A stretch of DNA of 62,998 nt, filler included, from Olpidium bornovanus S191 (Eukaryota; Fungi; Olpidiomycota): assembly GCA_017911155.1 (NCBI GenBank). It is 30 parts of 30 records of this genome, joined end to end, with 100 filler letters (N's around TTAATTAATTAA, not from the genome) between each part and the next. Parts side by side here need not be neighbours in the genome. Positions count along the whole stretch, not along the records: positions 1 to 3,158 come from JAEFCI010004353.1; positions 3,259 to 4,508 come from JAEFCI010005687.1; positions 4,609 to 8,442 come from JAEFCI010001584.1; positions 8,543 to 9,672 come from JAEFCI010004359.1; positions 9,773 to 11,017 come from JAEFCI010002826.1; 25 more parts are not named here. One strand, 5' to 3'. The notes below the pieces were generated by a model. The model was not told where the DNA came from. It ran no database searches and worked only from the letters and a program-made list of their open reading frames with translations. Positions 1 through 11,017 of this stretch are shown one piece after another (the first letter of the stretch is position 1; every line of letters begins with the position of its first letter). The position numbers and the translations under genes are program-made.

Positions 1-168
1 CGGTTCAAAGGAACGCGGCTGGATGGTCTGCTGCTGTGCGCGGCAGCTCGATTCTCCCGTGCAAGTTGCTTTCCTTTTCCAGTTGGCCCCTTTTTTGTTC
101 GCGAGCACACGGCGACACATGCAAACGACTCCGTTCCCCTCCACGTCTCCTTCCCGCGCCCACGCCCC

Positions 169-202
<34 letters not shown>

Positions 203-247
203 CCCCGGGGGAGGGGGGGGGGGGGGGTTCCCCCCCCCCCCCCCCCC

Positions 248-280
<33 letters not shown>

Positions 281-384
281 CCTCCTGGCGTAAGGGAGAG
301 CGGCGCGTTCCTACACCCCCCACTCCAAAGAAGAGGAGCAGCGCCGCAACAAAACACGAAGCCGGCTCCGGGAGACGGGCAGAC

Positions 385-1171
385 ATGGCGGCCAAGAAAG
401 TAACGGGCGTGGCTAACCGCGTTGCCGATATGCTCTACGAGAAGTTCGGAGAAAAGTACGCGAACATCGCTGGTTATAGGAAAATGGGTAAGCTTGGAGG
501 TCGCGGTTTCCCGTCATCCGCCCACCCCCCCCGGGACCCCGCCCGCCGGCCCCCCCCCCCCCCCCCCCCCGGCCACGAGCTCGGCGTTTGTCCGGCCCAG
601 CTAGGCGTCGTCCGCCTGGTGTTAACCGCAAGGGCGTATACCCTTCACGTCCTCGTTTGCTCAAACAAAACCGACCCGCTTAAAAAGGCCTCAGGTTTGA
701 CGACCTCCTCATTGAAGAAACTGAACAAGTTCAGGAGGCACTCCGGCGCCTTCCCGAAATGGAGAGCTATGAGCGCGTGTTTCGTTTTAGGCGGGCCCTC
801 CATGCCGATTTAAAACAGGACCTTCTGCCTCCGGAGGAGTGGACGAAGCCCGAAGAGGTGAGACCCACTGCCCTATTGGCAGACCCAGTGTCTGTTTGGA
901 TTTGCTCGGAATCGCACCTACCAAGAGGACCGACGACCAGATGTTGCCCTATCGCGCGGCGCATTCCGCGGCCTGTGGACTTCCGAGATCTCACTCCTGC
1001 GCTTGCCCGTCCACCTTCATACTCCCGGGGTTGAAAAAATTTGGCGTCGGTCTATAGGACATTCCGTACTTGTCTCCCATCATTGCTCAAGTCAAGGCCG
1101 AGATGCGCGAGCGCGACTGGTATAACACGTGGAGCCCTAAGGACAAGAAGCCTGACTTCTTTAACGAATAG
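385..1171 (+). CDS. QCR7: Cytochrome b-c1 complex subunit 7 (3 exons: 385-487, 688-857, 1058-1171)
   Basis: GT-AG splicing gives ...[76 protein letters not shown]..., matching the Qcr7/UQCRB motifs (GY.K.GL.FDDL, RRLP, LLP.EW.K). An extra upstream exon is not excluded. Confidence 0.93.
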
Positions 1172-1267
1172 TTTAAAGTCTTGCTGAGGTGGTGTTGTGA
1201 AAGAGAATACAATGGAACTAGTTTTAAGTCTTGCTATAGGTGGTGTTGTGTGAAAACACAATGGAAC
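1169..1267. repeat. Imperfect about 50-bp tandem duplication at the QCR7 stop/3' UTR
   Basis: TAGTTT(A/T)AAGTCTTGCT..AGGTGGTGTTGTG...ACAATGGAAC occurs twice in tandem. Confidence 0.8.
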
Positions 1268-3158
1268 TCAAGAAGTTGCGAGTTACGAATTTCGATATTT
1301 AAGAGTAGCAACAGGCGCCTGAAATGTGTGCAAGTCTATTTTTAGCACTAGATCTAAAATATGACGTGTTGTTGGAAAAAAAACTAATGCGGAATGTAAC
1401 CAACACAAGTCAACGCTTGTTACCCCCAGTGCTTGCCTGCAACGCACGCAACACCACACTTCGAATTTTGTTGCGTCTGCACGCACGATGCTGACAGAGT
1501 TGACGGCGTGGGACATGGCCCAGAGTTAAGGTCCGGGTTTGAGTCAAAGCATCGGGATCGCTTTCACGGAGAGTGCGGTTCCGTAATTCACAGGGAGAAT
1601 TCGGGCCTGATCAACCACCGGTAGCCCACGGAGGTCATGTTGGGGTGTGCAGCAAAACCGATGGCTCTACCGGCGGCGGCGTACTGAATACTAACCCCCA
1701 CTCCCAAAAAAACATCCGCCGGAAACCTTGCACCCCTGCAGCCGCTGGTCGAACGCGGTGCGTAATTGGCGAGAATGATGTGCGAAGGAAGGATTGGGGA
1801 GAGTGCTGCAAGCAAGGTCTCTAGATCGGTGGCGAAGGTGTTGCAAACGGAGTCGCAAATTTACAAAGGCATTGCAGAAGTCCAAAGCTTCTTTTTTGTT
1901 TGCGTTTTGTGCCGGGCGTGGCGGACCAATGCACCGCACGACAAAATGCATTTTTGATGATCACGCAGCGGTAGAGCACGCTCATCTATGACAGTCTCGT
2001 TACTCCTCCCCGCTCAGTGGGATCTGTGATTCTTGGCTGGCCACGTTGCCCCCACGCAATAAAGGGTCCCTTTTCACTGACGCGAATTTCTCGTGACGCG
2101 TGAAGTATATAACCTGCGCTCTGCGCGATCTGGAGGTTAGCATTCACGAGTCTAACTCTGGATCTGGAGTTCTGGAGTGAACTACGTCTGGAGTTCCGGT
2201 CCTGTAGCTCTAGAGGTGCGTGGTATATGCGCTTTATATAGGCGCGGCTGCCATGGCCGGCGCCAGCGCGGATATGTGGTGTGCGTCTGGAAGTTCGTGG
2301 CTCACGGGTGGTTATGTAAAGCCTGAATGCATCGAGGAGAATTTGCGACCAGGCCACCTGCAGGAAAGGTCAGGCGTCCCGTGGGATGGCCGTGATCTGG
2401 TCCGACTGCTTGGACCTGCAAGTCTAATTGACACCCAAAGCCGCAGTTGGGTTTGGGTGTAGAGAGATGTGCGGGGGGGAGCACCAAAGTCTGGTCCGGG
2501 TGTACAGTCCAGTCCCCGCCAAGCACGACCTTCCCGCAAGTTTCAGCGATATCCAAGGCCGTTGACAACAACTGTGCGGAACTGGTGGGCCCCGCCAGCA
2601 GGTGCGTCGCCAAGAGCTGGACGAACCCTCCGGTTGTGAAAGAATAGTTTGGATAGAGTAGATTTGGCAAGCACACCAGTATGGGGTAACGGCCGTGCTG
2701 TTTCTCGTCGTCAGATAAACGTTGCTGCTTGATTATGCACACCTCGGAGGTTGCAATTATTCCCAAATGAGCTGGCGATGGCTTTTCAGGAATTCATTAG
2801 TATATACTAATTGCATGATATTTTAGTGTAGAATTAAACTGTATTATCACAATGACATTAGAGTCCCCCCTCTTGATTGGTACGATAATTTCGCCTGGTT
2901 GGTTTGGGCATCAGTTGGAGGACACCCATACAGGAGGAACTTGGTTGCCGGCGCACTGGGGAACTCGCAATTCCTCCTGCTCCATGCACCAACCACAACA
3001 TCACAAGCCCTTCCTTTCTTCGCCCTCCCAAAACCGACCATGCCGCCCGCTAACAAAGAGAATCTTAAGCTTTCCCGTGCCCTCGCTTCTCGTGACTTTC
3101 CCCTTTGCCCGCGGCCGAAGGCACGTCCCGCACCGTCATCACGGGCGGCTCGTCCCGC

Positions 3159-3258
3159 NNNNNNNNNNNNNNNNNNNNNNNNNNNNNNNNNNNNNNNNNN
3201 NNTTAATTAATTAANNNNNNNNNNNNNNNNNNNNNNNNNNNNNNNNNNNNNNNNNNNN
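3159..3258. other. Artificial contig spacer (first of 29): N44-TTAATTAATTAA-N44
   Basis: The same 100-bp spacer, with stops in all six frames, starts at 3159, 4509, 8443, 9673, 11018, 13227, 14589, 16100, 17602, 19271, 20932, 23003, 24593, 28519, 30846, 32271, 33729, 35688, 37874, 39392, 42848, 46923, 48956, 50301, 51534, 54274, 58039, 60042 and 61778. Confidence 0.99.
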
Positions 3259-3305
3259 CATGAATCTATAAACGTTTACGCCCGTTAATATCATCGTCTC
3301 GACGT

Positions 3306-3946
3306 TTACGGGCGGAAACGTTGTTTGCTGACCTCGTCTCGCGCACGTCCGAGTCCGCCTGTTGACGTTATCGCGAGGTGATTTGTGTGTGCGTCCCCGA
3401 GGAGTCGCCGGAGCGCCTCGGATTTCCCTGTGCCCATTTCTGACAGGACACACATCACGAACGACTCGCCGTCGATCGAGTCTCGAATGCGCCCCCAGTC
3501 ATCATCGGGGGGGAGGTAATCATCAGGATCCAAGTACCTCTTGTTTATGCGACGGACGCGCATGCCCATCGCTAGGAGCCCTTCTTCTCCTTCCTCGCAA
3601 GGTTCCATCTCCCGAAGAATCCGACCGCGACCAGCGTGTGAAGAACACACGGAGCAGTAGATGATTCGACGCCCGGACCGCAATATTCCGACGAACGCGG
3701 AGGGGTGGTGGCCCACTCCGCGTTCGTGGCGCGGGCAGAAGATGGGGTCTTTTGGTTCACGTCCGCCAATTTCACGAAGCGCCCTGCGAGGGCATCGAAG
3801 ACAGGGAACCCTGGGGAGACATAAACGACGCGGGGGCCGTCATCGAACATTAGCCGTACGCTTTCGTCGGAGACGCCGTCCAGACGAGCCCAAGACTTGT
3901 CTTGGGCGATGACCATCTCCCTGTGCAGAGTGTCGCGTGCCACCAA
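3306..3946 (-). pseudogene. Truncated, probably frameshifted replicase relic: primase-type Zn finger plus N-terminus of an origin-binding-protein (UL9-like) SF2 helicase
   Basis: One minus frame reads FCPRHERGVGHHPSAFVGILRSGRRIIYCSVC (CP.H...PS...YC..C), then RINKRYL...CVLSEMGTGKSEALRRLL...HLAITS (Walker A S.MGTGK(S/T) plus start of motif Ia). The frame ends soon after, and no introns are apparent. Confidence 0.55.
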
Positions 3947-3994
3947 AAGTCTCCCGCGCTCGTCTTCACTTGTTTCTGGTGCCTGGGAATTCAG

Positions 3995-4078
3995 ACGTTT
4001 ACGGCCGTTAACGTCTCCAATAGGAACGTTTACGGGGCGTTAACGTCGCCGGACAGGAATGTTTACGGGCGTTAACAT
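3995..4078. repeat. Three tandem copies (about 31-33 bp period) of core A(C/T)GTTTACGG(G/C)CGTTAAC; related copies at 3271-3322
   Basis: Copies at 3995 acgtttacggccgttaacgtc, 4026 acgtttacggggcgttaacgtc and 4059 atgtttacgggcgttaacatc. Also 3271 aacgtttacgcccgttaa and 3301 gacgtttacgggcgg. Confidence 0.85.
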
Positions 4079-5062
4079 CTCACCGCAAGGCGGAACCGTA
4101 TATCCATATCTCGGAGCACCATCATCGCGCGGATGAATTGCTGGTGCGGTCGTTCACAGCGTCCGACGCAAGCGGCCCGCTCTCGTTCCACGGCCTCCAA
4201 AATCCTCCGAAAGGGGGGCAAAAGGGGGAACCCCGCAATCAGGGCACCTGGGATTGATCTAGGATGCCGCCCCTAGGTGAACTAAAGGGGAGACGGAGCG
4301 AGGAGACAGAGTGAGGATAGAATAGAAACCCATAGAATAGAGGGAAGAATTGCCGGCGGGCAACATAAAATAATGGGGGAACTCACGGGTATAAATAGCG
4401 CGAGAATCCGCGATCCCACGACATAGATTCCCCATTACCGATGCTTGTTCCTCGATCTCCGATCGTACTTTCAATAAAGGAATGTTTAGGTGCCTAAGCG
4501 GACGCATGNNNNNNNNNNNNNNNNNNNNNNNNNNNNNNNNNNNNNNNNNNNNTTAATTAATTAANNNNNNNNNNNNNNNNNNNNNNNNNNNNNNNNNNNN
4601 NNNNNNNNCATGGTGGTTGTAAGGGTATCGATTATAATATTAATCCTAAAGAAAAGTAATGACTAGTAAATAGACTTGAACCTAGACACTAGGGTGTACG
4701 GCATCTACCATTAGCAGCAGCATTAGTATCAGCATAAGCATTATCTTGTTACTCGACCAATATTAGAAGTGTGTGCATGGCATCGCAATATCATTGTGAT
4801 GCTGCGCTTCTTGACTCCTCGTGCACTAGCTTCAGAGTACGAAGTGAAACTTCGCGGTGAACTTCCGCTCAGATCTCAATGTGCCAAATCAGAATAAAAG
4901 TTTCCGCGCGCCTCTCCTCTCTACCCGTCGTTATGTCCGTCTCCTCCGTCTCCGTCTCGGTCGCCCTTCGACCCGGCTCCCTTTTCACTGCTTGCAGCGT
5001 GGGGGGCGGGGCGGGGCAGGGTTGGGGCGTCGTGCCGTTTTTTCCTTTTTTTTTTTTTTTTT

Positions 5063-5127
<65 letters not shown>

Positions 5128-5254
5128 GCTCTCTTCCCCCGTCCGAAAGCGCCCGCCCCCCGTCTTTCGCCCCCGGCCGGCGCGAAAGTTCCGCCCGTTT
5201 CCAAACTTGCCTCCTTCCCGCCCACAGAAAAACAAAAATAAAGAAAAGCGCACA

Positions 5255-7122
5255 ATGTCCCAAAGTCCCCTACGTTGCACGCACGCGGGCGGCCGCGGGC
5301 GTCACGCCCGGCCAGGCGACGACCACGCCCGCGGCGCCGAACTGCCCCGCGAATGGGGAGGGCCGCACGGAGGAGGAGGAGGAGACGGAGGTGGAGGAGG
5401 AGGTGGACGCCGACGACCGCGCCGCCCTTCGGCCTCTCCTGCGCGGAGGCACGCCGAGCACGGCCGGCGGCAGCAGCAGCCGCAGGACGGCGCGCGGCTT
5501 TCTCGGCCCCTTGAGAGCGGCGAACCGCCGGCAGCGGAGGGATTCTTCGGACGCGAACAGCCGCCGGACGACGACGGGGCCGCAGCAGAGGGCCCAATTG
5601 GCCCCGTCCTGCCCCTCAATCTCCTGGGCCGGTCCTGGGAAGCAGGCGGCGCGGAGGCGGAGCCCGTCGGAAAGGATTGCCTCGAGGACGAAGAGGACGA
5701 GGCCGCCTACGCGCCGGCGCTGCCGCCGGACATGATCGAAGCGCGACTGGCCGCAGCGGCCCCCCCCACCCCCCCCAGGCGGCGCCCGCCGGCCGGTCCC
5801 GCGCTGCCGGCGGAAGGACTTGCGGGGCGCCGTCGTTCGGAGGAGGACCAAGACGACTACGCCGACGAAGACTACGGCCCGGAAATGCCGACCGACGGAG
5901 TGGCGGACGACGTACGCTTCTGCGCTTCCGGGGCGAGCGGGTGGGGATACAGTGGGGGAATACGTTTGTGTGCAATTCCCGTCGGGGACCTCCCGCTGTT
6001 TCCGGCTCATCGAATTTGCCAGCTTTCCGCAGTCAACGAAACGATCGAGCGCATAGAAAACAGAGCACGGCAAAGCAAGGACGGCGTTGACGTGAGCTAT
6101 CTCCGCAACGCACCACTTGCCCGCCGCGTCCGAACCCCTAATTGGAATATTTTCCTTTTTTGGCTGTCGCTGCACTCTTTCCGATGGGCGGCCCGCACGC
6201 AGCCCGACGCTTCGGACGTGAAGCAGAAAAGGGGGGATTGGATGCTTGTGCCGCCCAAAAACACGGCTCTCGCAGGTAACTGTTTTCCGCCGAACTTTTG
6301 CCCCTCGACTTTCCGGCGTTGTCAGGCGGCGGCGGTCGCAGGCTCTGCCCCTCGCTCACTCATGCCGAGGACGAAAAAAAAAACAGACTTGTTGAAAGCG
6401 CCGCAGGCCATGATGAAGTCCAGGGCGTTCAGCAAGAGGGAACATGAATACGACGACGGGGGCTCGTCGGAGTGGACCGAGACGCCCGACGAACGGGCGG
6501 CGAGGATTAGGGACGGAAAGGTGCTTTCTTTTCCCACCCTCTCCCGACCTTTTTTCCCGGCCCCAATTGTTTCGAGGGCGGCGGCGCGCGGCGGGTAACG
6601 CTTTCCGCGGCCGTTGTCTGGTCCCCGTGCTTAAATTCGCGGTGCCGTGCGATTTCCCACTTATCGGCGCAGGATACGAAGCGCAAGCGCCGGGAGAAGG
6701 AACCCGTGTCTGCCCAGGTGCTGGAGCGCGACCGGCGGACGCGAAGGGAGGTCATCGAGCATGACGTAGGGATGCTTTATTTTTTCTTGTTCGCAGGACA
6801 GGGGGTGGGGAGGCGGGAAGGTGGGGGGGGGGAGGTGCGCGCGCGCATGAAACTAAAACTGGGCTTACACCTTCTCTTTTTCCCCCCTTCCCACCCACCC
6901 TCCCAGAAACAGAATCGGCCCAAGTCGCTCATGGAAATGCACGCCGAGAATATGCTGAAGGATCGCAAATACGCGGAGCACGACGTCAGCCAGCGGGCCT
7001 GGGACCGCGACCGCGATATCAACTCCAGGCAGGTCAGCTCGTCCGCCCTCCGCGGCCGCCTCACGCAGGCCGGCAACCTGGACTCACGATTCTCCGGGTC
7101 GCGCACGGGGTCGTACATGTGA
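5255..7122 (+). CDS. GPALPP1: GPALPP-motif / DUF3752 family protein (multi-exon; start uncertain)
   Basis: Contains IGPVLP, APALPP, GPALP and YGPEMP repeats, then RGDWMLVPP, SEWTETPDER, SLMEMH and RAWDRDRDI...RFSGSRTGSYM*, separated by GT-AG introns. Confidence 0.85.
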
Positions 7123-7683
7123 ATACACATAGCCGCATCAAGGTTTGGTGCGGGTAAGGGAAAGAGCGCGACACGTCCGTTCCCACACCCCGTCCGCCCT
7201 CCTCCGATTTTCGGAGCTCCTCTTTTTGGTTCGTACTTCCATTCCCATCGGTCGAATGAGGGGAGGGGCAGAGGCCGGAATGGAAGATTTTCCCAGCGGC
7301 TCGCTTTTTGTGCACGGCTCTTATATCCCCTCCACTGCCCTCTCACTTCTTTCTTTCCCCCCACCCCAATTTTTTCCTCTCTTTTCTTCGGGAGCGCGTT
7401 TTCTCCGCTCCTTCAACTTGTAGCACTCCGGGTCCTAATTTTGGCTGTCGGCGTCGGCCAAGGTGTGCCTTTTCCGTAAGTTTCTTCGGCTGCGGACTGG
7501 AAGGGCGACGGGTGCGGGATGGTAACAAGGCGCACGCAGGCCGGTGGGATCATGGTAAAGAGGCACATGCAGGCCGCCGGGTGCGTTGTACCAAGCTATT
7601 TGTTGCACTGGAAGAGAGGTAGCGTGGTAACATCGACCGGCTGCCCAGCGGATGGTGCATGGAAACCGGATGGGTTGCGGGAG

Positions 7684-7922
7684 GGTAACATGGTACATGC
7701 TCCTGGGTGAGCGGGAGAGCATGAAATAATTTGGCTCTTGCTCCGGGGTGAACGGGCATTGTAACATGGTGCATTGCTCCCGTAGCATGATAACATGGTA
7801 CATACTCCCGGGTGAGCGGGAGAGCATGGTAACATAGTACATCATCCCGGGTGAGCGGGAGAGCATGGTAACATGGTACATGCTCTCCGGTGAGCGGTAG
7901 AGCATGGTAACAAGGCGCATGA
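7684..7922. repeat. 39-bp CATG-rich minisatellite, about 4-5 degenerate copies
   Basis: Unit GTAACATGGTACATGCTCCCGGGTGAGCGGGAGAGCATG; further degenerate copies extend back to about 7520. Confidence 0.85.
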
Positions 7923-8189
7923 ATGCAGACAGGCTGCCAGGCGGGGCGCGCGGGGCGGCATGCGAGAATGGGAACATCACAGGCCGGGGGTTTTTTTTTT
8001 TTTCGTTTCGTTCACGCTTAACACACTTCCGGGTTCTTTTTCCCCCCAGCGCGCGTTTCCCCCAAGCAGGGGCCGAATATTTGAGGTAATTTGACGAATT
8101 TCAGGTAATGATACTACGAAAAACCGCGGAGGCGGACAGCCCGAGCTATTATGGCAACGCTTCGGGAACACACGCTTGAAAAAGGCGAT

Positions 8190-8297
8190 TTTTCTGAAGT
8201 CGAGGGGGGGGCAGCGCCTGAACTCTTTTCTGAAGTCGAGGGTGGGGCAGCGCCTGAACTCTTTTCTGAAGTCGAGGGTGGGGCAGCGCCTGAACTC
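8190..8297. repeat. 36-bp tandem repeat x3 with no spacers
   Basis: TTTTCTGAAGTCGAGGG(G/T)GGGGCAGCGCCTGAACTC at 8190, 8226 and 8262. Confidence 0.95.
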
Positions 8298-9141
8298 CTC
8301 CGACGAAGGCGACGAAAACGGCATGACCAAGCAGTTTTTCTATCGAAACAACTCCAACGTGGCGGCACGCGGAAGACCGCTGTGCGGGACCCGCAGAAAA
8401 CGCGTTAAAGCCTGTGTGGCGGGGTCTAACACGGCTCTCAAANNNNNNNNNNNNNNNNNNNNNNNNNNNNNNNNNNNNNNNNNNNNTTAATTAATTAANN
8501 NNNNNNNNNNNNNNNNNNNNNNNNNNNNNNNNNNNNNNNNNNCTTTTTTCTTGGAAAAAGGTAAAGGAAACGATATTTTTTCTTTTTTTTTAGTTCGGAA
8601 ATTTCATCGGCTCCCTTTGCTCCGCTTTCTGTACCGGCGTTATCGTTGCGGCGATACGTTGCCCCCAAAAAAAAAAAAAAAAAAAAATTAAAAAAAAAAA
8701 TTAAAAAAAAAATTAAAAAAAAATTTAAAAAAACATTTGCGCGTTTTTGTCGGCTTTTGGAAAGTTTCATTTTTCCTTCCGTCTTTGTTTTGATTTCTTG
8801 TTTCAAAATCGGGGAACCACCCGCGGATGAGCCACACGGGGTCGATCCGGTTGGTGCTCTCAAAGTGATGCAGACGGGACGGCGAGCGGAACACGCTCCT
8901 TACTCGCGTTTTCAACAACGGTTGTTTTTTTTTTTAAAAAAGAAAGGGTTCTTTTTTTTAACATTTACGCCACGTAACCCGACATTTGCCGCTGTTCTGG
9001 TTTTTTTTTTTTTTGAACCTCGACCCCTTCCGCGAGCTTTACGGGATCTCTCTGTTGAAACAAAGGGGGCGGTGCCCGCGTGGCTCCGGCGGAAATCCCC
9101 CCGTTCACCCCTTTCCTCCTTTCGTAAACCGGCAACACCTT

Positions 9142-9672
9142 TGAAGTACAAATAGGCCTGTATTCCGTATAGATTCTACAACTTGGCGAACAGCTCAAAA
9201 CAGAAAGCTCCTGCCCGTCTTCTCGTCCCTGTCCTTGTTCGGCCACTGCCCGTGGAAGTAAAAAAGTCCTTCAGGTTATGAGCCCAAACGAACGACCTTC
9301 CGAACACGACTCGGGGCGTGGAACCATGCCCGGGGCCCTCCAAGCCCCAGAAAGGCACGGCACGACGGCCTCTACCGCCTCCAGACGGTCCCAGACCTAT
9401 GCCGACTCCGTGACGGCACTCAGGGAACATCATAGAAGAGAGGAGGAGCAGCAATGCCACGCTGAGGAACCAGAGGAGCTGCGCCAAGAACTGGCACGAG
9501 TAAGAGCAAAGACGGAGAGGGAGAAAGCCCGCCGTACTCGCGCTAAAGAATGCAACAAAGCCATGGAAGCACTACTCCAGGAAAGGGAGGAGTGGGACGA
9601 CGACGAACCACGGGACGAAGACCGCGAAGCGGTGGAAAGGACCCGAAGGGAACGCGTCGAGCGGTTCCTGAA
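9142..9672 (+). mobile_element. 5' end of a Ty1/copia-type LTR retrotransposon: 132-bp LTR, half-tRNAi-Met PBS, start of a gag-like ORF
   Basis: 9142-9273 is bounded by the inverted termini TGAAG...CTTCA and is directly followed by GGTTATGAGCCC (9274-9285). An ORF (MSPNERP..., acidic/basic coiled coil) starts inside the PBS at 9278 and runs to the contig end. Confidence 0.7.
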
Positions 9673-10670
9673 NNNNNNNNNNNNNNNNNNNNNNNNNNNN
9701 NNNNNNNNNNNNNNNNTTAATTAATTAANNNNNNNNNNNNNNNNNNNNNNNNNNNNNNNNNNNNNNNNNNNNCATGTGCGCTTTCGCCATCGTGCATTTC
9801 GTTAATGTAAAAAAGTTCTCAACGGCCGCACCGTTGTCGTGCAATGATTTGTCCTGCCGTCGACATCCAATAAAGATCCTTTTGTAGGACAAGCCTATAT
9901 GCTGGCGCATATTACCTCGCACAAATCGGTTGCTCTGTCCTTTGCGTCCTTCACCGCTTCTAACCGCTTTTCAGACCACCTCCGGACTTATGTACGAAAA
10001 ACTTTACTGTCCGCGACTTTGCAGACAACTCTAACAAACAAAAGATAACTGACGATTAACGGTTGACTGCCCCGAGAAACCACACCAGAGGCGTTGCAAC
10101 AACTCGTGCGCGTTTCCGCCTTGAAGAGCGGTGTGAAACACAACGGGCGGATGATCGCGTTGGCTTGTGCGCTTGTGCTGCCAGTGCGGGTTCGCAGCGC
10201 ATAATTCAAGCGCTTTCGTGCGCTTCGTGCTTTTGGCAAAGGGAACGGCGTACGAATGCCGTCAGAGTTCCCGGGCTAGTTTTCCAGCGCGACATTTCAA
10301 CGGTGCGGAAGATGGCGAAAACGGAGCTGCCAACGGACACACGTAGTTGCCGCGCTCCCCGCCGCCATCTGTGATCAGCAAATTGTGATCAACAATGCTA
10401 AATAAAAAGGCGTCATCGCCGGCTGCTCATTTTTTTGTTCGTTCACCTTACCATTCGCATCGCCGTTGATTCTCGAGCCCGTTGCAGCGCAGCACGGTTC
10501 CTGGAAGCTCGGCCAGCGCCGCAAAGCGCGATTCTCGGTTTCGCGGGCGGGGCATAAAAGCCGGGCCATTGCCCGCAGGCACTCCGGTCACAGAGCCGGT
10601 CATCGTCAGGGTCTCACAGCGCCAACGCACCTCTCTTCTATCCGAAAAGACTCTCAACCCCGAAGCAAAA

Positions 10671-11017
10671 ATGAAGTTCTCCGCCGTTATTATGCTCGCG
10701 CTCGTCGGCACCGCTCTGACCGTGGCCGCGGCTCCCGCTCCCGGTTACGGGAAGAACCTCAAGAACGTCGCCGCGAACAACAAAGCTCTGAAAAACGCCA
10801 ACAACGCCGCTGTGAAAACCAACAAATACAGCAACAACGCGGCTGTTAACCAGGGGTAAAAAGCGTTTGACATTGGCAGGGGACTTAGGGGAGCTTTCAG
10901 TGCAGCCGCCGGTTAATTCTATTTTTTTTTTGCCTGCAGATTCAAGTACAACCAGGCTAAGAAGAACACGAACAAGAATTCCAAGGCTTACAAAAAAAAT
11001 TACAACAACGCCGCCAA
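10671..11017 (+). CDS. Secreted Asn/Lys/Ala-rich low-complexity protein (exons 10671-10855, 10940-; 3' partial)
   Basis: Signal peptide MKFSAVIMLALVGTALTVAAAP, then GYGKNLKNVAANNKALKNANNAAVKTNKYSNNAAVNQG. A GT-AG intron restores the frame to FKYNQAKKNTNKNSKAYKKNYNNAA. TATA-like CATAAAAG at 10553. Confidence 0.8.

Noticed and set aside
171-279. Poly-K, poly-F, poly-G and poly-P ORFs in the six-frame track (here and at 5040-5125, 8668-8730, 39585-39625, 51457-51533, 54160-54265, 56465-56640)
   Set aside because: These are translations of homopolymer tracts in introns or intergenic DNA; mirrored G/C/A blocks may include base-calling artefacts.
3203-3214. Recurrent palindromic TTAATTAATTAA motif (contains a PacI site)
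   Set aside because: It is always embedded in N44 flanks, so it is an artificial six-frame-stop linker.
4200-4508. LTR-like segment (purine tract, TATAAATA, AATAAA)
   Set aside because: No TG...CA termini, PBS or second copy is visible within the contig.
8190-8297. 36-bp direct repeats of CRISPR-like length
   Set aside because: The copies abut with no spacers, there are no cas genes and the context is eukaryotic, so this is a simple tandem repeat.
9142-9200. Possible minus-strand exon (VRQVVESIRNTGLFVLQ) splicing to SVFRSPSRLHHFESTNRIDPVWLIR near 8820-8900
   Set aside because: The first segment lies inside the inferred LTR and no family is recognisable; support is too weak.
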